Source: Mobula hypostoma (lineage: Eukaryota). From it: a stretch of 64,000 nt of DNA. Below the pieces are notes generated by a model. That model ran no database searches. It saw only the letters and a list, made by a program, of their open reading frames with translations, and had not been told where the DNA came from. The position numbers and the translations under genes were made by a program. This document shows, piece by piece, positions 13,700-26,961 of the stretch. The stretch lies in contig NC_086097.1 of the NCBI RefSeq assembly GCF_963921235.1, positions 19,594,001 to 19,658,000 of the forward strand. The letters are read 5' to 3'. Numbering within the stretch: position 1 is the stretch's first letter; each line of letters opens with the position of its first letter.

Positions 13700-14500
13700 C
13701 TGAGCTGGGCTGAGAAGTGGCAGATGGAGTTCAATCTGGAAAAGTGAGAAGTGATTCACTTTGGAAAAACAAACTTGAAGGCAGAGTACAGGGTTAATGG
13801 CAGCATTCTTAGCAAGAACAGAGGCACCTTGAGGTCCACATCCATAGGTCCCTCAAATTTGTCATGCAAGGTCATAGGGTAGATAAGAAGGAATATAGTG
13901 TATTGGCCTTCATTATTTGGGGGATTGAGTTCAAGTGCTCTAAGGTAATGTGCTCTACAAAACTCTGAGTAGACCACACGAAAGATTGTGTTCAGTACTG
14001 GTTGCCTCACTATAGGAAGGATGTGGAAGCTTTAGAGAGGGTGCAGAGGAGATTTACCAGGAGGCTGCCTGAATCAGAGAGCATGTCTTATGAGGAAAGG
14101 TTGAATGATCTAGGGTTTTTCTCTTTGGAGTGAAGGGGATGAGAGGTGACTTGTTAGAGCTGTACAAGTTGATAAGAGGCATAAATTGTATGGATAACCT
14201 GAGACATTTTCCCATGGCGGCAGTGGCTGATATGAAGGGCCATAATTTTAAGGTGACTGGTGGAAAGTATAGGGAGAACGTTAGAGGTAAGATTTTTACA
14301 CAGAGAGTGATGAGTGCATGGATCATGCTGCCAGGGTTGGTGGTAGACATTAGGGACATTTAAGAGACACTTAGATAGGCACCTGTATGAAAGATAGAGA
14401 GTTATGTAGGAGGAAAGGGTGAGGTTGATCCTGCAGTAGGTTAGAAGGTCGGCACAACATTGTGGGCCAGAGGGTCTGTGCCATGCTGTAGTGGTCTATA
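13700..14500 (+). mobile_element. CR1 LINE 3' fragment
   Basis: WAEKWQMEFN; MRGDLLELYKLIRG...FTQRVMSAW. Confidence 0.75.
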
Positions 14501-15059
14501 TTCCGTGTTCTATGAAACAACCAATATCAATAAAATAATACATACACATGTATCCATACTAATCCCATTTAACAACACTTGGGCCATACCCTTCTATGGC
14601 TTGGTGATTCTAGAAATTGATAAATTAATCATTTCAATTTTAATTGATAAAATTTCATCTAATTTTACCAAACTTTAAGAGTGCCACAGTTGGTAGAGCT
14701 CTGCTATATAGCTCCAGCAGCTCGGGTTCAGTGCTGATATCCAGTGTTGTTCTGTGTGGAGTGTGTACGTTCTCCCTCTGATCATGTGAGTTTTCTTTGG
14801 ACGCTCTGGTTCCTTACAGCTGGATAGTTGACTGACAACTCTGAATCCCCCTAGTGCATGGCTGAGTGTAGCTCAATCAAGGAGGAATTTGATAGGAAAG
14901 TGGAAGAATAAAATGAATTATTATAGGGTCAGCATAAAAATGGGAGCTTGATGGTCAGTATAGACTCAATGGGCCAAAGGGCCTGTTTCTGTGCAACTTC
15001 TCTCTATGACTCTATGACTGTATTGGTCTTTGTTTAACCTTACTTGGTATTCTGTAGAC

Positions 15060-15294
15060 CAGTGGTCCCCAACCACCAGGCCGTGGACCAGTACTGGGCC
15101 GCAAAGCATGTGGTACCGGGCTGCAAGGAAACGATATGGTTTGGCAATATGAAATGATATGAGTCAGTTGCACCTTTCCTCATTCCCTGTCATGCACTGT
15201 TGAACTTGAACACCCCCCTCCACATCGGCCGGTCCACAAGAATATTGTCAATATTAAACCGGTCTGCGGTGCAAAAAAAGGTTGGAGATCCCTG
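15060..15294. mobile_element. hAT (Charlie-like) MITE
   Basis: TIRs CAGTGGTCCCCAACC / GGTTGGAGATCCCTG; perfect 8-bp TSD CTGTAGAC at 15052-15059 and 15295-15302. Confidence 0.85.
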
Positions 15295-15379
15295 CTGTAG
15301 ACAACTGCAGTTATTTTAATAACCTGACTGCCAGGGACAGTACAAGACTCATAGCAGTCAACATAAAGGAGTGCTGCTC

Positions 15380-16045
15380 TTTGAAATGTTTCGATAGGTT
15401 TAATCAACTGGGCTCTTAAAAGAGCTGACAGAAAAACCAGGAAACCTAACAACGAGGAGAACCCTTTGCTACCGCCCGTCATCCCTATAATTTCTATGGT
15501 TTCTGGAAGGATTGCCGGGTTCCTGAAGAAATACCGGATTAATACTATCCACAAACCTGTAAGGAAGCTCAAGTTACAGTTTATGTGAGTCAAAGATGGC
15601 CTGGGACTCAGGCTGGCTGGTGTTTACAGGATTCCCTGTAAATGCAAAATAGTCTATATCAGCCAAACGGTGGAAACCCACATCAAGGAGTACAGGAGGT
15701 GTATCCATTTGGTTTACGCGGAGAAATCGACAGGAACAGAACACTGCATTCGCAATGGCCGTAGGATTGACTTTGATGGCACAAAACTACTGTGCCATAC
15801 CAATGACTTTTGGGACCTCCTGGTAAAGGAAGGAATTGAAATAAAACTAGGGAAAATTTTTAACAAAGATGAAGGTCTCACTTATAGTAAGTACTGGAAT
15901 TCGATTGTAAACGAGGTGGGAGAGTGGAAGCTTGATTGGATGAGGATTAACCAATCAGGAGGGACGGAATACAGGAATTTGTCATCGAAACATCAATTAT
16001 AATTGATACCTGTTCCCGGCTGGAAGCCCAAGAAGAGTTTATTGA
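15380..16045 (+). mobile_element. Penelope-like element fragment (GIY-YIG region), different family from 55-57 kb
   Basis: GVYRIPCKCKIVYISQT...HIKEYRR...EHCIRNG..IDFDGTKLL...KEGIEIK. Confidence 0.65.
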
Positions 16046-16209
16046 AGTTTGATAGGTTTTTGATTAGTCAGGGCATCAAAGGTTATGGGGAGAAGGACGG
16101 AAAATGGTGTTGAGCAGGATAATAAATCAGCCATGTAGGAATGGCAGAACAGACTCAGTGGGCTGAATAGCCTAATTCTTCTCCGAGATCTTATGGTCTC
16201 ATGGTTTTA

Positions 16210-17375
16210 CTATCATCCCCTTGAAACTAATCACAGAGCTCCAAGACCTGAACCTCAGCACCTCCCTGTGCAACTGGGTCCTTGATTTCCTCACTTGCAG
16301 ATTCCAGTAAGTACAGATTGGCAACATTTCATCCACAAGTACCATCAGTGCAGGTGCGCACAAGGCTGAGTTCTTCAATCACTTTCTACTGCTCAATTCA
16401 CTTTATACTTATTACTGAGAGGCTGGTCCAGCTCCAATCTCGTAATTAAATTTGCTGACGATACCACTGTTGTTGGCTGAATCAAATGTGGTAACGAATC
16501 AGCATATAGGAAACAGATTGAAAATCTGGTTGATTGGTGCCACGACAACAACCTCTCTCTCAACATCAGCAAAACCAAAGATCTGACTATTGACTACCGG
16601 AGGAAGAAACCGGCGGTCCATGAGCCAGTCTTCATTAGGGAATCAGAGCTGGAGAGGGTCAGTAACTTTAAATTCCTTGGCGTTATCATATCAAAGAGCA
16701 TGTCCTGGGACCAGCACAAAGAGACCATGACAGCCGTTTCTACTTTCCTGGATATTTACGTGGGTTCAGCATGTCACCAGAAACTTTGACAAACTTTCTG
16801 CACAGTGGAGAGTATCCTAACAGTTGCATCATGGCCTGGTGTGGGAACACCAATGCCCAGGAACAGTGAAGTGGTGGATACCCCCAGTCCATCACAGACA
16901 AAGTCCTCCCCACCACTGAGCACATTTACATGGGAGCATTGACACAAGAAGCAGCATCAATTACCAAGGCCACCGTCCATCCAGGCCATGCTCTCTTCTC
17001 ACTACTACCATTGACAGGAGGTATAGGAGCCTTAAGTCCCACACCACCAGGTTCAGAAACTGTTATTACTGTTTAACCATCAGACTCCTCAACTGGTGTG
17101 ATAACTTCACTCATTCCAACTCTGAACTGACTGCGCAACTACAGATTCACTTTCAAGGGCACTACAGCTCATGTTCTCAGTATTAATAATCTTTTTATTT
17201 GTACAACTTGTCTCCTTTGAACATTGGTTTGTTGTCAGGTTTTGTTGATGTATAGTTTTTTTATAAATTCTATTCCATTTCTTTATTTACTGTGAATGCC
17301 TGGAAGAAAATGAATCTAGTATATGGTATTTATTATCTAGCATCTATTTAGATAATAAATTTGTTTTTGACTTTG
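16210..17375 (+). mobile_element. Rex1/Babar-type LINE 3' fragment, degraded
   Basis: KFADDTTVVG, WCHDNNLSLNISKTK homology. Confidence 0.7.
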
Positions 17376-19244
17376 ACAATTCACAAAGTTTCCCAAATGA
17401 ACTGGAATTAGGCCTTTCAGCCCATCAAGTCTATGCTAGTTTACAGAACAATCCCACTCCCCACGAATTATTCCTGCAACCAAGTGAACATCCCTGCACA
17501 TTGAATTATAGAATAGCACTGGGGGAGGGTATTTGGTCTTCCAACTCCACGTCAGCTCTTTGTAGCCAGCTCCAATCCATCATCTTGCCCTCACATTAAC
17601 GCATTTGTTTATGTCCTTTTCTGAAGCTGCCCTGAATCTCTAATGTAGCACCAAAGGATCTTTATTTCTAACCTGAGGTTTACCATCTTTTTCCAGTAAC
17701 ATCATGAAGGATCCCACCCACTCTACTCTTGGACTGTTTGTTCCACTCCCATCAGGGAGGAGGCAATGTAGCATTCACGCCAGGGCCACCAGACTCAAAA
17801 CAGTTACTTTCCCCAAGCAGTAAGGCTGATCAACACCTCTACCCACTAACCCACTCCTCCACATCCCCAACCACCACTACTTTATCATTTCCTGCCAGTC
17901 ACCTTATATATAGACACCCCTGCATCTAGCATCACTTTATGGACGTACAAGCAATCTACGTATGTAAGATATATCTGACAAGAGGGCACTAGCAACAACG
18001 AGACCAACAAGATGACAACCTTCAGACGGTTCACAAAATTACTCCTTTTACTTTTTTTAAAAAATCTGATTCTACTACTCTACTGTTGTGATTGGAAACT
18101 GCGATTACCTTTTGATGGTGTGTTTTGGGGCCAATTGAGCAATCTGGTGTTTTGCTGTCTCCGACAGAGCTCGGTAAGGATTGGAGCGGAGTGTGTGGCC
18201 GAGAGCCCCCCCGATGACTGACTCCACTTCTCACCGATCTAAGTGTTGAGCTTAGGAAGGTGAGTGGATGTTCAGCACTGTCTGCCTGCCTTTAACCGGT
18301 CTCCTTCTCCCTCTCTTCGCTCCTGCCAGAGTCCTGGGTCGTGGGGAAGGTTTAATCGGCATGGTTTGTGAATTGAATTCATTTAGAGGGCTCTGCAGTT
18401 CATGTTATGTGTGTTCCTGGTTTCCGGTTACTCCTTTTTTATTGCTATTTTGTGTGATTTTGATTGGGGTGGACTAGGCTACAGTCAATGAACGACACAG
18501 CGCTAACTTCAACTGAACCTTCCTAGACTGTTCCAAAGCTCTGCAGTGAGATGCTTAACGTCCTGTATGTTATTGCTCATATTTGCCATTTGCACAACTT
18601 GTTCTTTTTTCACGCATTGGGGGTTTGATGCTTATCTTGAACGCGTTCCATGGTATTCCTTTGTTTCATGGCTGTCTGTGGGAAGACAAATGTCAAGGTT
18701 GTATATGACATATACACTTTAATAATAAATGTACTTTGAATCTTTGAATCTTTTCTATTTATATTTTGTTTTTTATTATTGTGTTCTTTATTATATTTAT
18801 GTACTGAAAATTACACCAAACAACCTTGAATCTTGAAGAAGTTGGCCCCACTGACACTGGTGTTCCAGCCTGGTCACAGAGTCAGAGGGACACTGATCCT
18901 CCAGCCTGAGACTCTCTGAGGAAGTCCTATTTGCCTGCTTTTTCCCCGATCCCTCTAAACCTTTTCTATCTGCAAATCAGTCTAAATATCTCTCATATTG
19001 TATGCCCACGTGTCGGGAGCAGACAGCTTCCTAATGCATGAGTAGACTACCCACTGAGACACAGAAAAACGTCTCAGATACGGCCCGTGCACCAGTGATC
19101 TCAAAGTTCAAAATTCAGAGTAAATTTATTGTCAAAGTACCTACATGTCACCATATACAACCCTGAGATTAATTTTCTTGTGGGCATTCACAGTAAATAC
19201 AAAGAAACACAGCAGAATCAATGAAAATCTGCACACAGACAAAC

Positions 19245-19730
19245 AACACACACAAAATGCTGGGGGAGCTCAACAGGTCAGGCAGCATCTATGGAAATGA
19301 ATAAAAAGTTGATGTTTCGGGCTGAGACCCTTCATCAGGACTGGAAGAAGGCAGAAGAGAAGAGGGGTGGGGGTGGGGAGTTTTTACTTTCTGAAAGGAA
19401 AGATCAATATTTATGCCATCAGGTTGGAGAGTACACAGGCGGAATATTAGGTGTTGCTACTCCAACCTGAGGGTGGCCTCATCTTCACATGAGAGGAGAC
19501 CATGGACAGAAATGTCAGAATGGGAATGAGAATCGGAATTAAATATTTGGCCATCATGAAGCTCCGCTTTTGGCGGATGGAGCGGAGGTACTCGACGAAG
19601 CTGTCCCCAATTTACAATGGGTCTCCCCGATGTAGGGGAAGCCACGTCAGGAGCACCAGACACAATAGTCAACCCCAGTGGTCACCTTGAAGGATTGTTT
19701 ATGGTCCTGAATGTGAGGGAGGAGGTGTAG
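19245..19730 (-). mobile_element. Penelope-like element 3'/terminal fragment
   Basis: SHSHSDISVHGLL..EATLRLE peptide; terminal repeat with hammerhead motif at 19307-19342. Confidence 0.7.
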
Positions 19731-19741
19731 CACGTCCTCAC

Positions 19742-20800
19742 TTGCAGACCCCAGTCAGTTCGGATTGGCAAAAACATGTCCACCACACTCACCATCAGGG
19801 CTGTGTGCTTAGCCCCCTGCTCTACTCGCCTTACACCAATGACTGTGTGGCTAAGCACAGCTCTAACACCATATTCAAGTTTGCTGATGACACCACTGTC
19901 GTGGGCCGTATCAAAGGTGGTGATGAATCAACACACAGGAGGGAGAATGAAAATGTGGCTGAGTGGTGTCATGACAACGACCTCTCACTCAATGTCACCA
20001 AGACCAAGATTCTGATTGTAGACTTCAGAAGAGGAAGACCAGAGGTACATGAGCCAGTCTTCATCGGATTATCACAGGTGGAGAGCAACTATAAATTCCT
20101 GGGTGTACTATTTCAGTGGACCTGCCCTGGACCCAGCACAAGAGCAATTATGAAGAAAGCACAGCAGCGCCTCTACTTCCTTAGGAGTCTTCAGAGATTT
20201 AGCATGGCGTCAAAAACTTTGACAAAATTCTATAGCCGGGCAATGGGGAGTGTATTGACTGGCTGCATCATGACCTGGTATGGAAACACCAACGTCTTTG
20301 AGCAGAACAGTCTACAGGAGGTAGTGGATTCGGCCCAGTCCATCACGGGTAAAGCCCTCCCAACCATTGAGCACATCTACATGAAACACTGCTGTAGGAA
20401 AGCTGCATCCATCATCAGAGATCCTCACCACCCAGGCCATGCTCTTTTCTTGATGCTGCCATCAGGTAGAAGGTACAAGAGCTTCAGGATTCGTACCACC
20501 AGGTTCAGGAACAGTTATTACCCCTCAACCATCAGGCTCTTGAACAAAATGAGATAACTTTTCTCACTTACCCATCCATTGAGATGTTACCACAACCAAT
20601 GATCTCACGTTAAGGACTCTTTACCTTGTTATCTTATGTCCTTGTTATTTATTGCTATTTATTTATATTTCCATTAGCACAGCTGTTGTTTTCTGCACTC
20701 TGGTTGATCTTTCACTGATCTTGTTATAGTTATCATCCTATAGACTTGCTGAGTAGGCCCACAGGGAAATGAATCTCAGGGTTGTTTGTGGTGATACAGA
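19742..20800 (+). mobile_element. Rex1/Babar-type LINE 3' fragment
   Basis: ORF 19742-20557: [32 protein letters not shown]. Confidence 0.85.
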
Positions 20801-23142
20801 CAGATAGATAGATAGATACTTTATTGATCCCAAAGGAAATTACAGTGTCACAGTAGCATTACAAGTGCACAGATATAAATATTAGAAGAGAAATAGAGAG
20901 AATAAAAAATAAACATCAAATCAAGTCGAATCATCATGCTCTGGTGCCCAAACCTCACCACCTCAATTTGGCCTTATCACGGTGCTTATCAAACCTCAGG
21001 TCCTCTTCTGGGCCCACCGCCTTTCCTCGCCTCAGGTCTGCCACGTCAAATTACCTCCAAGTCCAAAGGGAAGTTGCGATAATTGTTTACAAAGATTTAC
21101 AATGACTTATTAACCTACCAACCGGTACATCTTTGGACTGGGAGGAAACCCACATAGGCACAGGAAGGACATACAAAAACTCCCTTACAGGCAATGGTGC
21201 GGTCCTCTGTACAGTAAAGTGTTGTGATAACCACTATGCTACTGTGCCTCCTCGAATTAGCACAGGCTCAAATGTATTTTCAGAAATTTTAAATTGTGAT
21301 TTTTTAGATGTGTTTTGTTCTGAATTAGTTAAAGCAGAACAAGACTGATTGAACTTGCTTCAGCTGAAAAGTAATGGAGAGAGAGGTTGTAGCCATAAGC
21401 ACTGCCTGCACGACAACATACACTGCTGATAGCCCCTGAATTTGGGCTTGATTGTTCCACTGAGCAAGAGAGACTGAATTATGTGGTGTGAATTATTTTA
21501 TATTTCAAAAATTACCTTTAATCAAGATAAAAGTATATACAAAACACTGAAAAACTATTTACTGTCTTCATGCAAAAGGTCAGTACACTCAGTCGTGCTT
21601 CATATTGTGTGAAAAGCTATAACCTAAATGTTTGCAGAGAGCTGGTTTGAGGCGAATTTCGCGTGCGCTTTGGTTTGCTGCTTGTTTTTGTTGGTGTTGT
21701 TTTGTGGTAACACAAACACACTTCCCAGTAATCCTTGAATAAAGGCTGAGTTCTGTCAGGAATTTGTACAATTCAGCCCTTATCACGGTTTACACCTCAG
21801 CCCACAGTCTTCTCAATACAGAGTCAAGATCAAAGATTTCCTGTCTTCACATTGTCACCTAGTCACCAAATGCACCACCCCCTTCCTCGTCCACATCCCC
21901 CCACCCTCCTCCAGGCCGCTGATCATTCACCTTCTGAAGTGCACAAGACTTGGACATGAGGAGATCATTTTTTGATGTGCAAAGATGGGCCATAAAAGAT
22001 GCAGATTGTTGGCAGGTCGGGCCGGCTCCGAGAGACTGACACATGGAGTGCTTCAAAGGGCTTTAGAATGGAGCCAAGCCCCAGCCACAGTGTGTTGATA
22101 TGCAGCTCTGTTCGTGATCTTGGCCAAGTGAAGCTTGAACAAACACCCACCTATTATACACTTGATGGATTTTCACAGCAGGCCGTTGCTTCGTACTTCC
22201 ACAAAAACTGTTCCTTTTGTCTGCGGTTACAATGGCCACTGAACCTCCAGAAATAAAGCTTACGAAATGTATCATTCATGGACCCCAACCGCTGAGATGG
22301 GGGGGTGGATTCTGTGAAGGAGGACGGTGGTGGCTGGATGAATTCAGTAGGAGTTGGAACATTGTGGAGAGAGGATAGTGGGTAGGAAGGGGGAGCAAAA
22401 TGAAGTAAATGTGTCTGCAAATGCCTAAATCAGGTCTTCTCTCTAACTGAGGTGATTTCTATCTATGTTCCATATAGAACCATCATGGAAAATGGGAACA
22501 GGACCTTTGGCCTACAGTATCAGTGCTGCATACAATGCCAAATTAAATTAAATCATCATCCATCCATCAAAGTTCAAAGTACATTTATAAGCAAAGTACA
22601 TATACGTCATCATATGCATCCCGAGATTTATTTTCTTGCAAGCACACGTAATAAATCCACAATAGAATAATAACCACAACAGAATCAATGAAAGACCGCA
22701 CCAACTTAGGTGTTCAACCAAAATGCAAGACAACAAACTGCAAATACAAAAAGAAATAATAATCATAATAATAATACAAACATAATAAATAAGCAATAAA
22801 TTTTGAGAAAATTTGACTTAGAGTCCTCCAAGGTGAGTCTATAGGTTGTGTGGAACATTTCAATGATGGGGCAAGTGAAGTTGAGTGAAGTTATCCCCTT
22901 TGGTTCAAAAGCCTGATGGTTGAGGGGTAGTAACTGATCCTGAACCTGGTGGTGTGAGTGGTGAGGCTCCTGTGCTGTCTTCCTGATGGCAGCAGTGAGA
23001 AGCAGGTACAGAATTCTCAGGTCCCACACCACCAGGTTAAGGAGCAGTTATTACCCTACAACCATCAGGCTCCTGAACCAGCGAGGATAACTTCACTCAT
23101 CACAACTCTGAACTGATTCCACAACATACACAACATACAACA

Positions 23143-23378
23143 TCCTCCTGTCCCATGATCCTCTCATATCCCTTTTGCCAATCACCTGTCCAGTTCTTGG
23201 CTCCATCCCTCCCCCTGCTTTCTTCTCCTATCATTTTGGATCTCCCACTTTCAAATCTCTTACTAACTCTTCCTTCAGTTAGTCCTGACGAAGGGTCTCA
23301 GCCCGAAACGTCGACTGTACCTCTTCCTAGAGATGCTGCCTGGCCTGCTGCGTTCACCAGCAACTTTTATGTGTGTTG
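23143..23378 (+). mobile_element. Penelope-type terminal (pseudo-LTR) fragment
   Basis: Nearly identical to 57165-57415, which follows the GIY-YIG ORF. Confidence 0.75.
23281..23316 (+). ncRNA. Minimal hammerhead ribozyme motif (Penelope-type)
   Basis: AGTC-CTGACGA-AGGGTCTCAGCCC-GAAA-CGTC-GACT: both core boxes, stem I AGTC/GACT, stem II GGG/CCC, palindromic ACGT stem III, UC cleavage site. Confidence 0.7.
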
Positions 23379-24759
23379 CCATAACATACAGACTCAATTT
23401 CAAGGATGATACAACTCATGTTCTCAATATTTATTTTTTATTTATTCATTATTTGCAGAGTTGGCATTTTGCACATTGTCGGTCTTTGTGTGCAGTCTTT
23501 CATTGATTCTATTGTGTTTCTCTGTTCTACTGTGAACGCCTGCAAGGAAATGAATCTCAAGGTAGTATATGCTGACATTCACGTACTTTGATGATAAATT
23601 TACTTTGAACCTTGAACTTTGAAATCTCTTCTGCCTGGACATGATCCATATCCCTCCATTCCGTGCCTGTCTAAAAGCTACATAAACACCACTATCATAT
23701 GGGTTTCCACCACTACCCTTGGCAGCCATTCTAGGTACTCTGACGCTCCCAATCATTATCCATGCTTTCACTAGCCCGCATTGGTCTGAGCCCCAGCAAT
23801 GAATCAACTTTAAAACTGTGTTCTCTTTATCCAAGACACACCCTTATCTGGTTACTGCCATCCGCCATTCCAGTCTGGCTGGTTTATTATCCCTCTCAAC
23901 TTCTCTCGACTTCTCCCCTAACCTTTGATGCCCTGACTAATCAAGAACCATCAAACTCCACTCTTAATACAGCGGATTGCAGTTGATTACGACTCATCAG
24001 GATCAGTACATTTTGTCCCAATTACACCACCGCCATAATTAGCCAAAGTTTCATGGAAATAGTTAAAAAGGTGTAAAAAAGACAAACTATCATTTAACTG
24101 AGCAACAAATTATGTACTTGAATGAAACACAGAGCAAGCATCACTTGCCCAAGCCACGTTCTTTTGATTGACTGTAAATGAACAAAATCAGTGCCGACTA
24201 TGTAGATAATGGACTGCCTTCAAACAATGTATTTACAATTGCATCCTCCAGTCTTCACTTTCATTGTAACATTCAACCTTCAAATTCTTCACAGGTCCCA
24301 ACTTGTCGAAGTAGCAAAGTCATTCATTTTCACTCCCAGCCGTTTCTGGCGCCTCCAAGCCTGAATGCTTGAAACTGCAGTGAGCAAAGAGTTCATAATA
24401 CTATTACTGTTCCTTTCTCACCAACTACCACTGACAAAAATCACTGCTTTTTGAACACAAACACACACAACTGACGTTATATAAAAAAATGTTCACTCTA
24501 AGCAGGGTGCAGTGTCTAACGGCCATGCAAGTGCACGCACCTGGCGCTAGTACTTCGACAAGTCTCCTGCCCCAATTAATTACCATGGTGGTTCTGAACA
24601 GTCTTTAAGAAGATGAACATTACCCCTTCCTTTACTTTTTTTCCCTATTAATTTATTTATTGTCAGTGACAATAAATCTGATTCTGACCTGTGTTTCCTT
24701 TCTGTTCATGTAATGTCCTCTAGTCTACAGCCCTCTAAAATATTTACACTCCTCCACTG

Positions 24760-25220
24760 CAGGTCTTCATATGATGAAAGACTGGATCAACTAGGCTTAT
24801 ACTCTCTGGAATTTAGAAGATTGAGGGGGGATCTTATTGAAACATATAAAATTCTAAAGGGATTGGACAGGCTAGATGCAGGAAGATTGTTCCCGATGTT
24901 GGGGAAGTCCAGAACGTGGGGTCACAGTTTGAGGATAAAGGGGAAGCCTTTTAGGACCGAGATGAGGAAAAACTTCTTCACACAGAGAGTGGTGAATCTG
25001 TGGAATTCTCTGCCACAGGAAACAGTTGAGGCCAGTTCATTGGCTATATTTAAGAGGGAGTTAGATATGGCCCTTGTGGCTAAACGGATCAGGGGTATGG
25101 AGATAAGGCAGGTACAGCGTTCTGAGTTGGATGATCAGCCATGATCATACTGAATGGCGGTGCAGGCTCGAAGGGCCAAATGGCCTACTCCTGCACCTAT
25201 TTTCTATGTTTCTATGTTTC
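24760..25220 (+). mobile_element. CR1 LINE 3' fragment
   Basis: SYDERLDQLGLYSLEFRRLRGDLIETYKILKG; tail TTCTATGTTTCTATGTTTC; nearly identical to 37337-37790 (minus). Confidence 0.85.
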
Positions 25221-26961
25221 AGCACATCCCCCGCAATGATAGAACCACCTTAAATTCTGTTCTGCCTTCATTAAACCTCTCTACCTTCTTCTCCTCCTTC
25301 CAAATGTTTGCCTACCTGTCTTAAAATCCCTTTATCCGGACCGGTGCTTGATTTAATAGATTGTAGTTTGTGAAACTCTGGGGGATGTTTGTCATGTTAA
25401 TGGTGCCACATAAATGCACTGGAGACTAGAGGGATGGCACAGCAGCATAGCGCTTTGCGCGATGCTTTACAGCACCACCGATCATCGAACAGTGCTCAGT
25501 CCCGCTGTTGTCTGTAAGGAGTTTACACCTTCTTCCCACATTCGTGTGGGTTTCCTCCAGGTGCTCCAGTTTCCTCCCATGATCCAAAGACATACTGGTT
25601 AGGGTCAGGGTTAGTAAGTTGTGGGCATACTACGTTGGCACTGGAAGCATGGCGACACATGCAGGCTGCCCCCAACACAACCGGGGCAGCGTTGGTCGTT
25701 GATGCAAAAATCAGAATTGGAATCAGGTTTAATATCACCAGCATATGTTGTGAAATTTGCCTTTATGGCAGCAGCACAATGAAATGCATGATAAAAGAGA
25801 GGGAAAAAACTGTGAATTGCGGTAAGAATATATATATTGAATAAATCAGTAGTGCAAAAATAGGAAAAATAAAAGTAGTGAGGTAGTGTTCATGGATTTA
25901 ATATTCACTCAGAAATCTGATGGCAGAGGGGAAGAAGCTGTTCCTGAATCATTGCGTGTGTGCCTTCAGGCTCCTGTACCTCCTTGCTGATGGTAGAAAC
26001 AAGAAGAGGGCACATCCTGGGTGGTGAAGGTGATTATTGACAGATGTCGTCTTTTTAAGACACGGCTTCTTGAAGATGTCCTGGAGTCTAGTGCCCATGA
26101 TGGAGCTGATTAACTTTACTAACTCTCTGCAGCTTACTTCGATCCTATGCAACATCAATGCCACCGCCACTCACAGTTCTATTACTCTTGTAATACACGT
26201 GGTACAATACAATTTCAGTCGTTAAACAGCAGTAATTTAAGGGAATACATCCAGACAAAAGACACATGCAAAATTCATGATCGGAATGTAAATGTGAATT
26301 GCATTGCAAAGGAACAAAAATCCTGTTTAACCACCTACTTTAGAAGGATGTTACACATTCACGACCAAAGAAAAGACAACTATGTTCAAAATGTGACTCA
26401 GTATTTTCTGTTCTACGTACCCTCAATGATAAATTCATAACATTGATCTTATGAGACTTGTGGGTTGAAGCTGTTATTGCGCATTTTACAAAGTGGAGAC
26501 TTCAAATGCTGGAAGTTTGAGCAACACACAAAAAGGCGGGAGGTACCATAGTGTGTAACTGTGTTTTGAAGGAAGGAATCAAGTGCCTACAAGTGGCATG
26601 TTAATGAATGTTACTTCCAAGTTAAACATACAATTCAGAGACATAAAATCCCTTGGGTGGACAGACCAATCAGGTTTATTTACCACTGATTTATATACAG
26701 GTACAATACTGTGCAGATGTCTTACGCACATGTAAAAAAATACTGTAAAGGCAAGATGGTTTCAAAAATAATGAAATAGAAAGTTACTAAATATCAAAAA
26801 ATTAACTATAAAGATCAGTAAACTGTAAAAAACAACATCAAATCAATATTTGGTGTGATCACCCTTTGCCTTTAAAACTGCATCAATTCTCGTAGGTACA
26901 CTGTCTTGCCGTGTTATCAGAAAATCGTCTGGTAGGTTGCTACAAGCATTATGGGGAACTT

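Noticed and set aside
21589..22420. Short ORFs in the unique island as coding exons (e.g. VRTN)
   Set aside because: No recognisable protein similarity in any frame
23155..23409. Recurring peptide ...SPDEGSQPETSTVPLPRDAAWPAAF in several ORFs
   Set aside because: Translation of the non-coding Penelope terminal repeat; the conserved part is better explained by the hammerhead RNA motif
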